A stretch of DNA of 63,503 nucleotides, filler included, from Octopus bimaculoides (taxonomy: Eukaryota): assembly GCF_001194135.2 (NCBI RefSeq). It is 9 parts of 8 records of this genome, joined end to end, with 100 filler letters (N's around TTAATTAATTAA, not from the genome) between each part and the next. Parts side by side here need not be neighbours in the genome. Positions count along the whole stretch, not along the records: positions 12,385 to 25,654 come from NC_068983.1; positions 25,755 to 37,027 come from NC_068986.1; 7 more parts are not named here. One strand, given 5' to 3'. The notes below the pieces were generated by a model, which was not told where the DNA came from, searched no databases, and worked only from the letters and a program-made list of their open reading frames with translations. A program made the translations under genes and the position numbers. Positions 13,287 through 26,550 of this stretch are shown here, one piece after another (positions within the stretch are counted from its first letter, which is position 1; every line of letters starts with the position of its first letter).

Positions 13287-14030
13287 CAGGGGGTCATCAA
13301 ACTGTTTTCACAACAGGCCAGATAACTGAATGACAAGCATGGGCTACATAACCATTTTGTTCAATACAGTGAATACATAAAAAAATAAAGACAACCAGCA
13401 TATTTATGCATCAAAATGTTATTAAAGAAGGCAACGTTAGCAATAAGATAGCTATATCACACCCAGTGTGCAAATATCTGAATCTCACAAACTAAGCAGC
13501 AAAAAAGGTTCATGAGATTTGTGAAACTGGTGTTTAGCTTTGAAGATATCATCAATATTTGCTTTGAAATTGCTGCATCCAACGAAGAGAATTGCTTTCA
13601 AATAAATGTTCATTGGTCAACTTCATTCAATGTGCTGACTTCATATACTTCCTTATTGAAAATGTTTGCTCACAGACATAAGTTGTTCCAAACACTGATG
13701 CCATGCCAGAGGCAAATGAACTCTCATTGCAGGTACTTACACAAAAGGTACAGTGTGGTGATCGGGATGAAATGCGGATGTATCTTTAAGACCTAAAAAT
13801 GAAAGTTCAATTCACAAAATGGTGTTACATCTATTCTTGAAGGCTTCATTCAGAATGGTGACTGTCTTTTGGATGAGAAGGGCATAATTCTCCTCAATTT
13901 TCTGAAATATTGCTGTCTTATGAACAGCAAGAGAGACATTGAGACACTCAAAAAGCTTAGAGAAATGATTAGGAGGAAGAGACCAAACTAGAGTCTGAAA
14001 ATGACTTGTATTGACCATGACTGTGCACAT
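13287..14030 (-). mobile_element. hAT transposase C-terminal remnant with one terminus
   Basis: Minus strand about 13600-13701 reads ASVFGTTYVCEQTFSIRKYMKSAH*MKLTNEHL (hAT dimerisation motif FGSTYxCEQxFS); CAGGGGGTCATCAAACT terminus at 13287. Confidence 0.65.
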
Positions 14031-14034
14031 CTTT

Positions 14035-14260
14035 GGTTACAAATTAGAGAATTGGAAAACTGAGCTGGTCAGTAGCCCACCATTCACTGAGCAACCAGGA
14101 TTTGATGCCCTTGGACTCACACCTGTTTGGCCCAATGAAGACCGTCTTTGGGGACAATCATTTACTGACACAGATAAGGTGAAAATGGTTGTGAAGAAGT
14201 AGGCACACTCTTGAACTTTTTCAAAGAGAGCTTGACAATTTGAAAACACTTGCTCAAGAC
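14035..14260 (+). mobile_element. mariner transposase C-terminal remnant
   Basis: With frameshifts: ...SPPF...NQDLMPLDSHLFGPMK...GQSFTDTDKVKMVVKK*, cf. mariner HPPYSPDLAPSDYHLFGPLK..GxRFxxDDEVK. Confidence 0.6.
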
Positions 14261-14348
14261 ATCACAAAGAGAGAGTGAACCCAAAACTACATGGGTGGGA
14301 AGTGTGAACTTCTTAACCACACAGCCTGTGTCAATAGCCATGCCTATT

Positions 14349-14385
<37 letters not shown>

Positions 14386-16094
14386 CAGAGGAGCATGTAT
14401 TTAAATGCTTTTTGAAATAAACATACATTTCCATTTTATAAAATGCTGTGCAAGAACTCAATTCTGAGAGTACTGCTTCTTATAATAGAAACAGTTGTAG
14501 GCTAATGAAGTTGATAACATGAGTCCTTTCTCTTATTATTATTAATTAATATTATACTCTGTACTTGCCTAATACTTTACTCTAAAGCATATGTATATCG
14601 AGTTCTAACTACTGGTTATTAGTATCTTCCATATCTAAGCAAAATCATGATATATATATGTTTATGTGTGTGCATGTGAGTATAAAATCATTCTCTCTCA
14701 AAAGGCTTAAAATATTAAGTCTAAATACTTATGGAGAAAATATATACACAGAGAAACATTAATCTTACATCCAACAACTAATGCAACAGAATTAACACAG
14801 AAATATTCAGTCCCAACAGAGTTATGTTTAAAAGAACAACAAATAAGTGTAAGGGATGCTTACAAATTACTAATATACTTTAATGTTCTCTATTTAAGTT
14901 ACTCATAAAACACAATGAATCACCTATTCACTGTTTGTATCAGATAACACTTCAATTACATAAACAAACCTGACCGGTATCTCTTACAAACTCCCTTGAA
15001 CTCAACACATTCATTCTGCACATAAACCACGATATTGTTTTCTTAAATTTTTACCACAAGGAACTCACTTCTCTAATGAATATTAATAAATTAGCAGTTG
15101 GTTTTTGGTTAAGTACCCTCCTCCTCCTCCTCTTCACCTAATAAACAAATGAGTTTCTTAGATTTCTGTTAGAGTCATACAATATCAGAAGATAATAATA
15201 ATAATAATAATAATAATAATATATATGTAATCCCTCTATACACACATTCAACAACCCTCCTGCTAACAAACTTCTCATCCTCCCTTTCTTCATATAATCA
15301 AATAACCACAACACTTTATGAAAATATAAAGGAAATAAATGTATATAATGAAAATATAGGCTCTGTTTATGCTAGTTCATCTTATACATTGTCTGCTTGC
15401 CAAGCCACAAACAGTGTACATGCAAAATGGATTACATATTTCTTGGATAATTAAAATGGCTCATAAAATCTCCTAAATTTATCAACAAACCTTTCTATTC
15501 TTTCTTATAACTTCAGCAACTCAGATCTCCCACAATTTAACCACCGAGTTTTTTGTCATTTAAAAAAAAAAAATTTTGCAATTGTACAGCCTATTGCCTT
15601 TTTATAATAATACTCTTGTACTATCTTACTACCCCATATCTTCCACTAAACTACTTTTGTTTCTTTAGATTATGCAGATTTAGACAACATGAATGTATAA
15701 CACCCCTGCACACCTTATACAGCTACCCAATTACTAATGCTACCCTTATTTCCTCTCTTTCTCTCTCTCTCTCTCAAAATATAATTATATAAGCACAACT
15801 TTTAGTTCATCGTTTTACGCTGAGAGAAGCTCTGGTTAAGAGTGAAACAAATGTACATTTGTCGCAGTCAGTTTTTATTCTTAAAACTCTTATTTACCCC
15901 CACTATTAGAGCAATAAATCGTGGTGAAAGGCTTCAAGAGTACAAAATTATATCAATTGAATGACATAGAAATACTGTAAACATGCTTTTTCTATAATTA
16001 TGTTCTGTGTAGCTTTCTTTGTTTACAATCAGTCATCTGGACAAAATACTTCCCACCCATTTCATTCAGTTTATCTAGGTCTAACTGCATATAT

Positions 16095-16136
<42 letters not shown>

Positions 16137-16161
16137 GTCAATCTATCTCACTCTATATATA

Positions 16162-16200
<39 letters not shown>

Positions 16201-16750
16201 NNNNNNNNNNTTATATATATGTATTTCTTTTCTCTTTCTTTACTTGTGTACATGTGTGCATAGATTTTAGCAGCTATAACTTTAATATAAATTAGAGCTC
16301 ATATCATCTTGACATCAGCTATACCTTCTAAGCAAAGAGCAAGCAATTATATTCATCGTTCATTGACCAAAGAGTACCACACTTTGTAGACTGTTAGTTA
16401 ATAAAAAGATTAGATGCAAATGTGTGGTTTGTGAAAGCCATACAAGTCATACATATACAAGCTTACTGTCAACAAAGCAGGGGGTGAGTAATGATTTCAG
16501 TGAGGAATTTTAGTATGCAATAGATGGTTATTATGGCTCAGTTCTCAGCCCTCGTCTGCTTATTAAAAGTTCTCAAAGCCATAAAATCAAGTTCAAGAAT
16601 AGCTATCTACTGGAACTCTTGTATGCCAACAATCAAGTTCTCATAACTAAATCAAAGAATTAGAGGAAAAGTTTCCTATGTAGCAGTCTCGTGGAATAGG
16701 CAGTCTAAAGATCAACTTAGTGACACATTATTTTACACATTATTGTAGAT

Positions 16751-17103
16751 GTAGGAGTGGCTGTGTGGTAAGTAGCTTGCTTACCAACCACATGGTTCCG
16801 GGTTCAGTCCCACTGCGTGGCACCTTGGGCAAGTGTCTTCTACTATAGCCTCAGGCCGAACAAAGCCTTGTGAGTAGATTTGGTAGACGGAAACTGTATA
16901 TATATGTATATGTATGTGTGTATGTGTTTGTGTGTCTGTGTTTGTCCCCCCAACATCGCTTGACAAGTGATGTTGGTGTGTTTACGTCCCCGTAAATTAG
17001 CGGTTCGGCAAAAGAGACCGATAGAATAATTACTAGGCTTCCAAAGAATAAGTCCTGGGGTCGATTTGCTCGACTAAAAGGTGGTGCTACAGCATGGCCA
17101 CAG
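16751..17103 (+). mobile_element. SINE family A
   Basis: Closely matches 57623-58030. Confidence 0.85.
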
Positions 17104-17404
17104 NNNNNNNNNNNNNNNNNNNNNNNNNNNNNNNNNNNNNNNNNNNNNNNNNNNNNNNNNNNNNNNNNNNNNNNNNNNNNNNNNNNNNNNNNNNNNNNNN
17201 NNNNNNNNNNNNNNNNNNNNNNNNNNNNNNNNNNNNNNNNNNNNNNNNNNNNNNNNNNNNNNNNNNNNNNNNNNNNNNNNNNNNNNNNNNNNNNNNNNNA
17301 ACAATAGAATGTGAGGTGGCCCTGAAAAAGCTTTTTTATTGTTCTCACAATTGTAACAATGTCTTAGGTAGTCATGTAAGGATGTGTAAAACGTTTGTAA
17401 GTGA

Positions 17405-18915
17405 ATACGGGCAACACACTCCCGCCCATATTGAGAACAGTATCTTCGATTTCAAGCAGCGCTCTGTTGTAAATGAGGTCACTGTACTCGACGTTGATTG
17501 ATGGATTTAGCAAGTGAACCTGATGCAGGAAATCTTCAGACATGTAATTTTTTTAGGTCAGCCATAAAGAGGCGGGATCACCCAAGTCGCACCATAGGAG
17601 TAGAATAGCTAAACGTGATCTTAGTCTTTTAGGGGATTTTAACAAAACGCCCTCCGCCATAGTGGCGGCCCATTGTGAATCGTCCTCCAAAAGCCCACGC
17701 CTGAAGCAGGCTTCGTGTAAAGTGTCACATAATTCACCGTCAACAGTTGTTATGTCTTGAAAGCTTTATGGGCCGACAACGTCATGAAGGAGAAGGCGAA
17801 GGTGAAAACACTCATGCTGGTTGGGAGGTAATGTACACTCTTCCTAGACAACTGTTAAACTTGACACCGGGATGTTCTTGAACATCCTGACTTGACTTCC
17901 TATGCACCCAAGTGTTCTTTGACCACACATAGTAGGACGGAACCTGAGGGTATAAAAGTGTTTTGGCAAATGTGTCAATTTGGCAAAGCCTAAAAAAAAC
18001 AGTCAAAGTTGTTTGTTTTGGATTGGCTGCCAATTGAGCAGCAGTCTGTTCACGACCTGCCAAGTACTGCGACACCTCGTCCATGCTATTGTCCTTTTGA
18101 AGGCCGAACATGGCAGCGTCTGAACCCTTGTTAACATATTTACATATGTAGTTAATTGATTTTACTGAATGACAGAACTCCACATTTATATGAGCGTTGA
18201 AAATTGTCATCAGTAATGGACAGTATGGGACCACCCATCTATTATCAACTTGATGACCCTGTAAGGTTAGAGTGAATCCCCCATTCTCAGGCCGCCTTCG
18301 TCTGTACAGTTGATATCCATCACCAGCGGTCTGGGTCTCGTCCACGAAACTCTTTGGGTATCGTTTAGTGCACACATGGTCTTTGTGGCATGAGGAGAAA
18401 TTTTGAAAACCGGGACCGCACAGACCATGCACCATGTGTGCCTTGACAATGTCATACAGCTGTCGGTCAACAGTGGGGTTTGGGATTTCTGCTTTGATGG
18501 ATTCATCTATAAGTATAGGGTCTATTTTGGTGACCAACCAAACCAAAATGTGTGCGTGTGGCAACCCTCTCTTTTGCCACTCAACAGTATACATGTGACA
18601 CTTAACAGGGCCAAACACCTGCCCTTTTTTGATTAAATCAATTAGCGTAGTCAGCTTCTGCTTGAAAACCCTGGCAATAAGATCATGCCGATGGAAGTAC
18701 TGCTGGTGTGGGAGAAGTTCCCGTGTTACCTCAACCCACTTGGGGTTACATGTAAACGTGATGAATAAATCAGGGCGTCCATAGTGCCGAACGAAAGTCA
18801 TAGCATGTTGTGTTTGCTCGTGCATGTATTGTGTCCCCTCTGTATATGTTGAGGGGAGAATGCACATTTTGCCGATGTTCCTTGGGTCAGCGTCATTATT
18901 GATGCCATCACGCAA
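17405..18915 (-). mobile_element. Helitron Rep/helicase fragment (Rep domain), degraded
   Basis: 367-aa ORF with PDLFITFTCNPKW, YTVEWQKRGLPHAHIL (HUH), NRWVVPY and KYICKYVNKG-type motifs; continues after a frameshift below 17812 as ECFHLRLLLHDVVGP*SFQD...ACFRRGLLEDD...W with stops. Confidence 0.93.
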
Positions 18916-19477
18916 ATGGATGTAGGAGTCTGATCGCAGCTTCTTCTAAGTGACAGGTATTTGAATGTATCTGTGTATTTGTATGTAAGTATATAGGTGG
19001 CATTTCATGTGCGGAATAAAAGGTGAAAGTTGTTATAGAAAGAGGAAATGACATTGTGTTACAGGGGAAAATATTTATTTGACTCTCACTCTTTTTCTTT
19101 CGTTTCTCTGTTAGGGTTTAGTTCCCGCCAATTAGAATGAGGTCATTGGTAACCATAGGTACATATATATGTGTGTATTTANNNNNNNNNNNNNNNNNNN
19201 NNNNNNNNNNNNNNNNNNNNNNNNNNNNNNNNNNNNNNNNNNNNNNNNNNNNNNNNNNNNNNNNNNNNNNNNNNNNNNNNNNNNNNNNNNNNNNNNNNNN
19301 NNNNNNNNNNNNNNNNNNNNNNNNNNNNNNNNNNNNNNNNNNNNNNNNNNNNNNNNNNNNNNNNNNNNNNNNNNNNNNNNNNNNNNNNNNNATCGAAATG
19401 TGATTGTTTCAGTTTTGATAGTTTTCTTTTTCTCCTTCCTTTCTTTTTGTATTTGTTGTTGTATTTTCGTAAAGGTT

Positions 19478-19528
19478 CATAAGAGAAAGTAGGACATAAG
19501 AGAAAGTAGGACATAAGAGGAAGTAGGA
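19478..19528. repeat. 17-bp tandem repeat x3 (cataagagaaagtagga)
   Basis: Directly visible. Confidence 0.8.
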
Positions 19529-20189
19529 GTTGAAAGGATTTGTATTAGAAAGAGGAAATTAGATTTTATTAGGGAGAAAATGTTTACTCCTGTAGTTTTA
19601 CGGATTTTATTCATTATTAGGAAATTTTTGGAGTGAAAAAATGACACAGTGACCTAACTTATTGTATTTAGAATATTAATTGCGATTGTTTAATCGAAGA
19701 AATTTTGAATTGTGTAAATGTATGAATTTTAAACATACACACACACAGAGTAGATTTGCCTTTTATAGTATAGATAATTTTGGATAGCACTGAATCACCT
19801 ACTTTACCCACACCACACCATCTTTATTACTCTCTAATTCTCCCTCTCTCATTAATTCCTGACACTTCTTTCTCTTCACTTTCTGTTATTCCTCTCCTCA
19901 ATATTGTCTTATCTATTACTTTCTCCCCCTAACACCCTCTCACAACTATCAACTTGTTCCTTCTCTTGTATTTTTAACTCCTCTCAATATCTCACCTAAG
20001 GCCACCATACTCTTTCCTATTCTGCCTCACAGTCATGAAAGCCCTTTGGTTTTGTGAGTTTTAAGCTAATCTCAAAAGTGCTAGTATCAAGATAAAATTT
20101 ACACTTTGTAAAGTGCTTAGCAAACTGAGCAGGGTTGTGAGGACTCTTTAGACATGCCAAGTGAGATTAGATGCCCCTCACACTTAAGT

Positions 20190-20427
20190 CATTTAACTTC
20201 TTCCTGAATAATGTACTCCCACTTTAGCTACTGGTAATTTCATGGTCATTTCTAAATCACCATTACCACTTGTCAATTAACTCCAAAATTGTTGATGCCC
20301 ACATGCCTAGCTAGGTTGGCAGCAATACTTTGAATTTCTACACTCTGTATGTTGGTAACCCAGTATCATTGACAAATAGACCACTTCATCAGTGTCTCCT
20401 CAAGATTTGTATCTTTTCAAACTTTCC
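20190..20427 (-). mobile_element. pogo/Tigger-like transposase remnant (CENP-B-type HTH)
   Basis: NLEETLMKWSICQ*YWVTNIQSVEIQSIAANLARHVGINNF, cf. LEEALLKWF..QR.....I...A..LA..LGI..F. Confidence 0.5.
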
Positions 20428-20549
20428 TTCACTTCCTTTCATTAACATTGTTTCAAAGAGTTTGTCTTTACTTTTGTAAAGCTGTTTGTCTCAAGCTGTT
20501 TGCTTTTAAACTTCATTCTACTTTTCACAAATTTTTGCCATTGAATCAA

Positions 20550-20975
20550 CAGGTGTGGTTGTGTGGAAAGAAGTTTGCTTCCTTACTACATGGTTCCCAG
20601 TTCAGTCCCACTGCATGGCACCCTGAGCAAGTGTCCCCTACTATAGCTTCAGGCTGACCAAAGCCTTGTGAGTGGATTTGGTAGACGGAAACTGAAAGAA
20701 GCTCATCATATATATGTATATATCTGTGTGTGTGTCTTTGAGTCTGTGTTTCTCCCTGCCCCACCACCACCACCACCACCATCGCCACTTGACAACCGAT
20801 GCTGGTGTGTTTACATCCCTGTAACTTAGCAGTTTGGCAAAAGAGACCAATAGAATAAGTGCTAAGCTTAGAAAAAAAAAGTACTGGGATCAATTTGTTC
20901 AACTAAATCCCTTCAAGATGGTGCTCAAGCATAGTCATAGTCAAATGACTGAAACAAATAAAAGAATAAAAGAAT
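20550..20975 (+). mobile_element. SINE family A
   Basis: Same head, body and tail. Confidence 0.8.
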
Positions 20976-21559
20976 ATAATTTTCTTATCACTTCCATTTA
21001 GCTTCTGATTCATATATAATAAATATAATAATGAACCCATTGTATAGTGCTCAGTTGCATTACAACTCATCAGAAAAGGTAACCAAAATTGCATGAACAG
21101 TCCATAGAATATGCACAGGGAGTGATTAGTGAATAAGTTGTTAAAAAACAAAAACAAGGGTAGAGGCATCAGGTGTACTGTTAGCAAATTTCAGGAAGCA
21201 TAGAAGTTTTGAGGGATAGAAGTTTTGACAGCTTAAGCAATTCTGAGTGTGAAAAAATGTTTCCAAAAGTCATGGGTATTGTGTTATTTTTTTGATTTTA
21301 GAAGTATGTCCACAAGTGTTAGATATATGGAATTCAAAAAGGTGCCCAAGGCTGTTGTTGGAAAGATGGTGGATAAGGGCTGCATACTTCTTTAGATTAT
21401 TCTCTCCTTGCACCCATGGGTGTATAACACACAAACCTGAATGATGCAAAACCACTGACATATCTACAAAAAATATGGAGCAACACACTTATTTTGTGAT
21501 GTGGTGCATGTTTGAATTTGGTGGTCATTGTTATATCATGCATTGTGATATCATTCTGG

Positions 21560-21755
21560 ATCTACAGCTTGGCAAGTTTGCTTCCCAACCTTATGGTTCT
21601 TGGTTCTGTCCTACTGTGTGGTACCTTGGGTACGTGTTTCCTACTATAGCCTCAGGCTGGGCAAGTGTCCTCTACTATAGCCTCAGGCTGAGCAACTGTC
21701 TTCTCCTGTAGCCTTGTGAGTGGATTTGGTAGACGGAAACTAAAAGAAACCTGTC

Positions 21756-21832
<77 letters not shown>

Positions 21833-22050
21833 TTTCTGTCTGTGTCTGTCCTTCAACCACCACTTGACAATCAGTGTTAGTGTGTTTATGTTTTCATAGC
21901 TTAGTAGCTCAGCAAAAGAGACCAATAGAATAAGTATCAGGCTTAACAAAATTAAGTGCTGGGTCAGTTCATTCAACTAAAAATTCTTCAAGGCAGTGCC
22001 TCAGCATGGCTGCAGTCTAATGACTGAAACAAGTAAAAGATAAAAGATAA
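21560..22050 (+). mobile_element. SINE family A with expanded internal (GT)n
   Basis: Same family; another head at 22177-22284 runs into a gap. Confidence 0.75.
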
Positions 22051-23121
22051 AAGATGAATAAGCATAGGAACTTTGACTTAATTTAATCTTTATTTCTGGA
22101 TATATTTTTAGATTTGAAAACAAATTACAGCCAGGTTTATCAAGATGTAGCAAAAATAGGATTATTATAAAGAGACGCAAGCACGGCTTATGGTAAGAAG
22201 ATTGCTTCCTAACCACCTGGTGTCAAGTTCAGTGGTATCTTGGGCAAGTGTCTTCTACCATAGCTTTGCACCAACCAAAGCCTTNNNNNNNNNNNNNNNN
22301 NNNNNNNNNNNNNNNNNNNNNNNNNNNNNNNNNNNNNNNNNNNNNNNNNNNNNNNNNNNNNNNNNNNNNNNNNNNNNNNNNNNNNNNNNNNNNNNNNNNN
22401 NNNNNNNNNNNNNNNNNNNNNNNNNNNNNNNNNNNNNNNNNNNNNNNNNNNNNNNNNNNNNNNNNNNNNNNNNNNNNNNNNNNNNNNNNNNNNNNNNNNN
22501 NNNNNNNNNNNNNNNNNNNNNNNNNNNNNNNNNNNNNNNNNNNNNNNNNNNNNNNNNNNNNNNNNNNNNNNNNNNNNNNNNNNNNNNNNNNNNNNNNNNN
22601 NNNNNNNNNNNNNNNNNNNNNNNNNNNNNNNNNNNNNNNNNNNNNNNNNNNNNNNNNNNNNNNNNNNNNNNNNNNNNNNNNNNNNNNNNNNNNNNNNNNN
22701 NNNNNNNNNNNNNNNNNNNNNNNNNNNNNNNNNNNNNNNNNNNNNNNNNNNNNNNNNNNNNNNNNNNNNNNNNNNNNNNNNNNNNNNNNNNNNNNNNNNN
22801 NNNNNNNNNNNNNNNNNNNNNNNNNNNNNNNNNNNNNNNNNNNNNNNNNNNNNNNNNNNNNNNNNNNNNNNNNNNNNNNNNNNNNNNNNNNNNNNNNNNN
22901 NNNNNNNNNNNNNNNNNNNNNNNNNNNNNNNNNNNNNNNNNNNNNNNNNNNNNNNNNNNNNNNNNNNNNNNNNNNNNNNNNNNNNNNNNNNNNNNNNNNN
23001 NNNNNNNNNNNNNNNNNNNNNNNNNNNNNNNNNNNNNNNNNNNNNNNNNNNNNNNNNNNNNNNNNNNNNNNNNNNNNNNNNNNNNNNNNNNNNNNNNNNN
23101 NNNNNNNNNNNNNNNNNNNTA

Positions 23122-23157
<36 letters not shown>

Positions 23158-23584
23158 TGTGTGTTTGAGAGTGTGTGTGCATGTGTGTGTATGTGTTTCT
23201 GTTTCCTTGTCTTGACATCACATGATAGTTGTAAATGTGTGCCACTGTCATACAAGCAGTGTCATTCATTACCCATGTTCTATGAAAACATGTCTGGCGA
23301 GGGGAAAATATGGCCTTGCTTGGAAACAGGTGAGGCTTGGGGACAAGAACGGCATCCAGCCATAGAAAAATCTGCCTCAAATAAACTCTTTCTAAACCAT
23401 GTAAGTATGGAAAAGTGGATGTTAAGTGATGATAATGGACAACAATGAAAAAAACCAGTGATGGGGGCATAAAATTGAATAATAAACAGGATGTGCTCTG
23501 GTGAAATATTTGCTCACCTTCAGTGTTTGGTTTTTGTCATTCATCCATTGTCCTGCTATTTTCCCCTTACATATCTTGATACAG

Positions 23585-24060
23585 TGGAGGCACAATGGCC
23601 CAGTGGTTAGGGGAGCGGACTCACGGTCATAAGATCACAGTTTCAATTCCCAGACCGGGCGTTGTGAATGTTTATTGAACGAAAACGCCTAAAGCTCCAC
23701 GTGGCTCTGGCAGGGGATGGTGGCGAACCCTGCTGTACTCTTTCACCACAACTTTCTCTCACTCTTACTTCCTGTTTCTGTTGTGCCTGTAATTCGATGG
23801 GTCAGCCTTGTCACACTGTGTCACGCTGAATATCCCCGAGAACTACGTTAAGGGTACACGTGTCTGTGGAGTGCTCAGCCACNNNNNNNNNNGGTCAGCC
23901 TTGTCACACTGTGTCACGCTGAATATCCCCGAGAACTACGTTAAGGGTACACGTGTCTGTGGAGTGCTCAGCCACTTGCACGTTAATTTCACGAGCAGGC
24001 TGTTCCGTTGCTCAGATCAACTGGAACCCTCGACGTTGTAAGCGACGGAGTGCCAACAAT
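23585..24060 (+). mobile_element. SINE family C (tRNA-like head)
   Basis: ggcacaatggcccagtggttaggg...gtttcaattcccagaccg; body shared with 29165-29480. Confidence 0.7.
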
Positions 24061-24756
24061 CTTGATACAATTGCCTGTGGGACGTGCAGTACAACCTCAG
24101 AATAACTACTGCACTATTTCATAACAGTGGGGGAGAAATTAGTCTCTCGTTATGATCTGTGATTATATTAGTATGTGACCTGAATATTTCTGATGAATTT
24201 ATGATCTTTGGTAGGTGTGCCATGCTCAAATAACACATCTAGAATATATATATGTCTCTACAAAACTGCAATTCACATATGAAAACAGAAATAAACATTG
24301 ACAGTCACTCTTAACTCATATTTCATCTAGTTTATCTAATATCCAGCTTAATGGGGTACGTTTTCAGTAGGGTTCACCGTATATGCATTCATATATATTT
24401 TTGTTAAGTTAGTTTACACATGCAATCCTCCTCCTCCTACTCCTCATCCACATTAATCCTCCTTCTGTCCCCCTCCTCTGTTCTTCTTCCTCCTCCTCCT
24501 CCTCACTACCACTACTACCACCACTAGCATTTCTCATTCCTTTTATTCATGCTGGCATGGGTTTGATGGGTCATTATAGTCAATATCATCTTGTACATGC
24601 AGACACACACAGACAGGCAGAGAGCAACAGAGAAAACCAAGTCAGCGTTGCTCTTTTCTCTATTGTTTACTGTGGATTGACTCTATTTTTATCATGGAAA
24701 CATGTGGGGATTTGTAACAGAAAGGGCTCCTGGTCATAGAAAACTCTGCCCCAACA

Positions 24757-24819
<63 letters not shown>

Positions 24820-24852
24820 CACATACACACACAGGCATACACACACATGATT

Positions 24853-24884
<32 letters not shown>

Positions 24885-25018
24885 TTAATGTCTGTTTTCC
24901 ATGCTGGCATGGGTTAGGCGGTTTGCTTAAAAATTGGTAATCTGGGAAGCTGCACCAGGTTCTAATCTGATTTGGCATGGTTTCTACAGCTGGATGTCCT
25001 GCCTAATGCCAACCACTT
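24853..25018 (-). mobile_element. RTE-type 3' end, diverged copy
   Basis: (cat)n-ttaatgtctgttttccatgctggcatggg...tttctacagctggatgtcc; reverse complement of the 41.2-kb element. Confidence 0.6.
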
Positions 25019-25320
25019 AATTCTTTCTACTATAGGCACAAGGCCTGTAATTTTTTGAGAAGATGCTAGTTGAATTACATCGATCCCAGTGCATGGTTGG
25101 TACTTATTTTAATGATCCTGAAAGGATGAAAGACAAAGCCAACCTTGCTGGAATTTGAATTCAGAAGGTGTAAAAACAGATGAATTATGACTAAGCACTT
25201 TGTCTGGCATGCTAACAATATATATATATATATACATATGTATTATAATGGAGTAATTACTATGAAGCACTGTGTAGACTATATTATATAAAGAATTGTG
25301 GGTAAGGCCAGAACAATGCG

Positions 25321-25556
25321 AAATAAATGCAAGGCAAATCACAAGAAAACAAATATATGAATTAATGCAGAATTACCTTGCATTCAATATTTCGGGGCTA
25401 TGACCCCATTTTCAAGAAATTAATGAATGTTGGCGATGTGCAGCAACATTTGTTAAATTTCTTGAAAATAAGGTTATAACCCCGAAATATTGAATGCAAG
25501 GTAAGTCTACATTAATTCATATATTTGTTTTCTTGTGCTTTGCCTTGCATTTATTT
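25321..25556. repeat. Fold-back element, arms of about 110 bp
   Basis: aaataaatgcaaggcaaa... / ...tttgccttgcatttattt, short central loop. Confidence 0.88.
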
Positions 25557-25618
25557 CACATTATTCTGGCCTTACCCACGATCCTTTATACAATATATAT
25601 ATATATATGTATCATCAT

Positions 25619-25654
<36 letters not shown>

Positions 25655-26033
25655 NNNNNNNNNNNNNNNNNNNNNNNNNNNNNNNNNNNNNNNNNNNNTT
25701 AATTAATTAANNNNNNNNNNNNNNNNNNNNNNNNNNNNNNNNNNNNNNNNNNNNATATCACGTGATTCAACCAGACTATCAGATGCTGTTTTATCTCGCT
25801 GGTCACAATGCACTTTGCATCAGTTTAGCTTTCTAATGATACCACACCTCTGGTTAGTCAAACAGAGGCGAGAAGACCGACATTACTCCTGATCAGAAGG
25901 CTCGTCACTCGCAGAGTTACCTAACCCTTCAGAGCTGAGTAGACTGGCGCAACACGCCCCAGAAACAATAAAATATGCTTCAAAACACGACTTAAGCGTA
26001 TTTTATTGTGTCTGGGGAGAGTCATTCTATTTT

Positions 26034-26247
26034 AATGCCTTATTAATGAAGACACTCACTGGTTCGATTTCCACTCATTTACTTATTTATTTTTTCAAAA
26101 GTTTCTGTTGCTCTTTGCAGACTCTTGAATAGCCGTTAATAGAGTCAACAACTATTGAAGTGGTTGCAAGAAGTAACGGAAATTTCAGAAAAAATAAATA
26201 AATGAGTGGAAATCGAACCGGTGAGTGTGTTAATCAGTAAGGCATTA
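26034..26247. repeat. Fold-back element, arms of about 95 bp
   Basis: cactcactggttcgatttccactcattta / taaatgagtggaaatcgaaccggtgagtg. Confidence 0.85.
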
Positions 26248-26259
26248 AGGCATTATTTT

Positions 26260-26445
26260 ATTTGCTTCAGTCATTTGAATGCGGTCCTGCTGCAGCACTG
26301 CCATTAGTCGAGCAAATCAACCCCCAGGACTTATTCTTGTAAGCCTATTACTTATTCTATCGGTCACTTTTGCCGAACCGCTAGTTTACGGGGACATAAT
26401 CACACCAGCATCGGTTGACAAGCGATGCTGGGAGACAAACACAGA
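26260..26445 (-). mobile_element. SINE family A, 3' half
   Basis: Reverse complement of the family A tail, ending at the microsatellite and gap. Confidence 0.75.
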
Positions 26446-26509
26446 CATACAAACATATACTCACGCATACATACATACATACATACATACATACATACAT
26501 AAATACATA

Positions 26510-26550
<41 letters not shown>

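Noticed and set aside
23800-23975. Exact 83-bp direct duplication
   Set aside because: The copies flank a 10-N gap inside a SINE, typical of an unmerged contig overlap
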